64,000 bases of DNA from the human T2T-CHM13v2.0 reference genome, Homo sapiens, in assembly GCF_009914755.1 (NCBI RefSeq), contig NC_060925.1; one strand, given 5' to 3'. Shown one piece after another: positions 59,753 to 64,000 of this stretch. Each line of letters begins with the position of its first letter. Position 1 is the first letter of the stretch. The notes below the pieces were generated by a model, which saw nothing but the letters and a program-made list of their open reading frames with translations, was not told where the DNA came from and did not search any database. Both the position numbers and the translations under genes were made by a program.

Positions 59753-60433
59753 CAGTACATACAGGACACTTAAAATGATATATGCTACATAGTGTATGCA
59801 AAAAATTGTAGCTGTTATTACTACTGTATCATTTTAGTTGTGTTTCTGGAGGAGGGGGAAGAGAACTCCCACTTTTTGTGTTAGTCAAGTATGGGAAAAA
59901 CAGGGTCGGGGAAGACCTCTTAAAACCATTGCAGCTTTGTAATCACAGCAACGATAAGTGCAAAAATGATCCTAATGAAAAAAACTCACAAACTTTAAAA
60001 AAGGTTAAACTCCTAATGAGAAATAACTGTGAATTTAGGACTTTAGCTTAAAAGATGAAGGTAGCTTGATGAAGAGGATGTAAAGAAGGGATATAAGTGC
60101 TGATTTATGGAGATAAGTATAAAATACACAAATACCAGGGGAAACTTTACATCAGTTACTTCCATGACAGAGCTGTGGCCAAAAGGAAGACTGTGGAGCA
60201 AATGAGTATGATATACACGATGGATCAGAGTCTCCTTAGCTTGCTGCAGTCAGTCACATTAGTGTGCTCAAATTCAAATGTTGTTAGTTGGTGGTGGAAG
60301 GCATTAATATTCCGGAAAAATTACATATGAACCAGTGTAATGACTACCTAATAATGGCTTCATTCCCCTATATGCTAGTCACATGGAGCTAATCTGACTT
60401 ACAGATGCTTGACTTAGAGCAGAACAGACTGAA

Positions 60434-63541
<3,108 letters not shown>

Positions 63542-63640
<99 letters not shown>

Positions 63641-63642
63641 AT
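63542..63642. repeat. Compound (TA)n(TG)n microsatellite at the L1 tail
   Basis: Direct reading. Confidence 0.97.
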
Positions 63643-64000
63643 AACCCTCCAAAAGACTCCTAGATTTGATAAATGACTTCAGTAAGGTTTTAGGATACAA
63701 AATCAATGTACAAAAATCACCAGCATTTCTATACATCAATAACAATCAAGCTGAGAAGCAAATCAAGAACTCAATCCATTTACAATGGCTACAAAAATAC
63801 CTAGGAATACATTTAACCAAGGTGAAAGATCTCTATAATGAAAACTATAAAACAATGATGAAAGAAATTGTAGATGACAGAAAGAAATTCAAAAGTATCC
63901 CAGGCTCATGGACTGGAAGAATCAATATAATTAAAATGACCGTACTGCCCAAAGCAATCTGTAATGCAATTCCTATAAATTACCGATATCATTTTTCACA
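63643..64000 (+). mobile_element. Older L1 (L1PB/L1M-like) ORF2 fragment running off the window
   Basis: aaaagactcctagatttgataaatgacttcagtaagg...tcatggactggaagaatcaatat. Confidence 0.88.

Overview
Primate (human-like, catarrhine) nuclear DNA, non-coding and about half transposon-derived. I find no credible protein-coding exon. The main host feature is a CpG island promoter at ~34.6-35.25 kb with a probable non-coding first exon on the minus strand (donor CCG|GTGAGG at 34796/34795). If that is right, 1-34.8 kb is intron and 35-64 kb is upstream DNA. The gene cannot be named from this window. Mobile elements: a complete 5.6-kb deletion-type HERV-H provirus (52016-57641; LTR7 pair, tRNA-His PBS, TGAAC TSD) inserted into an older MER34 provirus; an ancient two-LTR ERV-L (LTR16-type) provirus at 8.7-13.4 kb with nested insertions; a second ERV-L remnant; MaLR, MER4 and MLT2 LTRs; DNA transposon fossils; an internally deleted L1PA; about 32 Alus; and many MIR/L2 pieces. 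Best leads: the HERV-H 3' LTR has lost its AATAAA while the major splice donor is a perfect GTAAGT, which predicts read-through or chimeric RNA. There are also candidate TCF/SOX and NF-kB/PU.1 enhancers, a CTCF site between promoter and HERV-H, and several unusual insertion scars. I see no evidence for a genuinely new biological system. Repeat family names come from recalled consensus sequences, not from a search.
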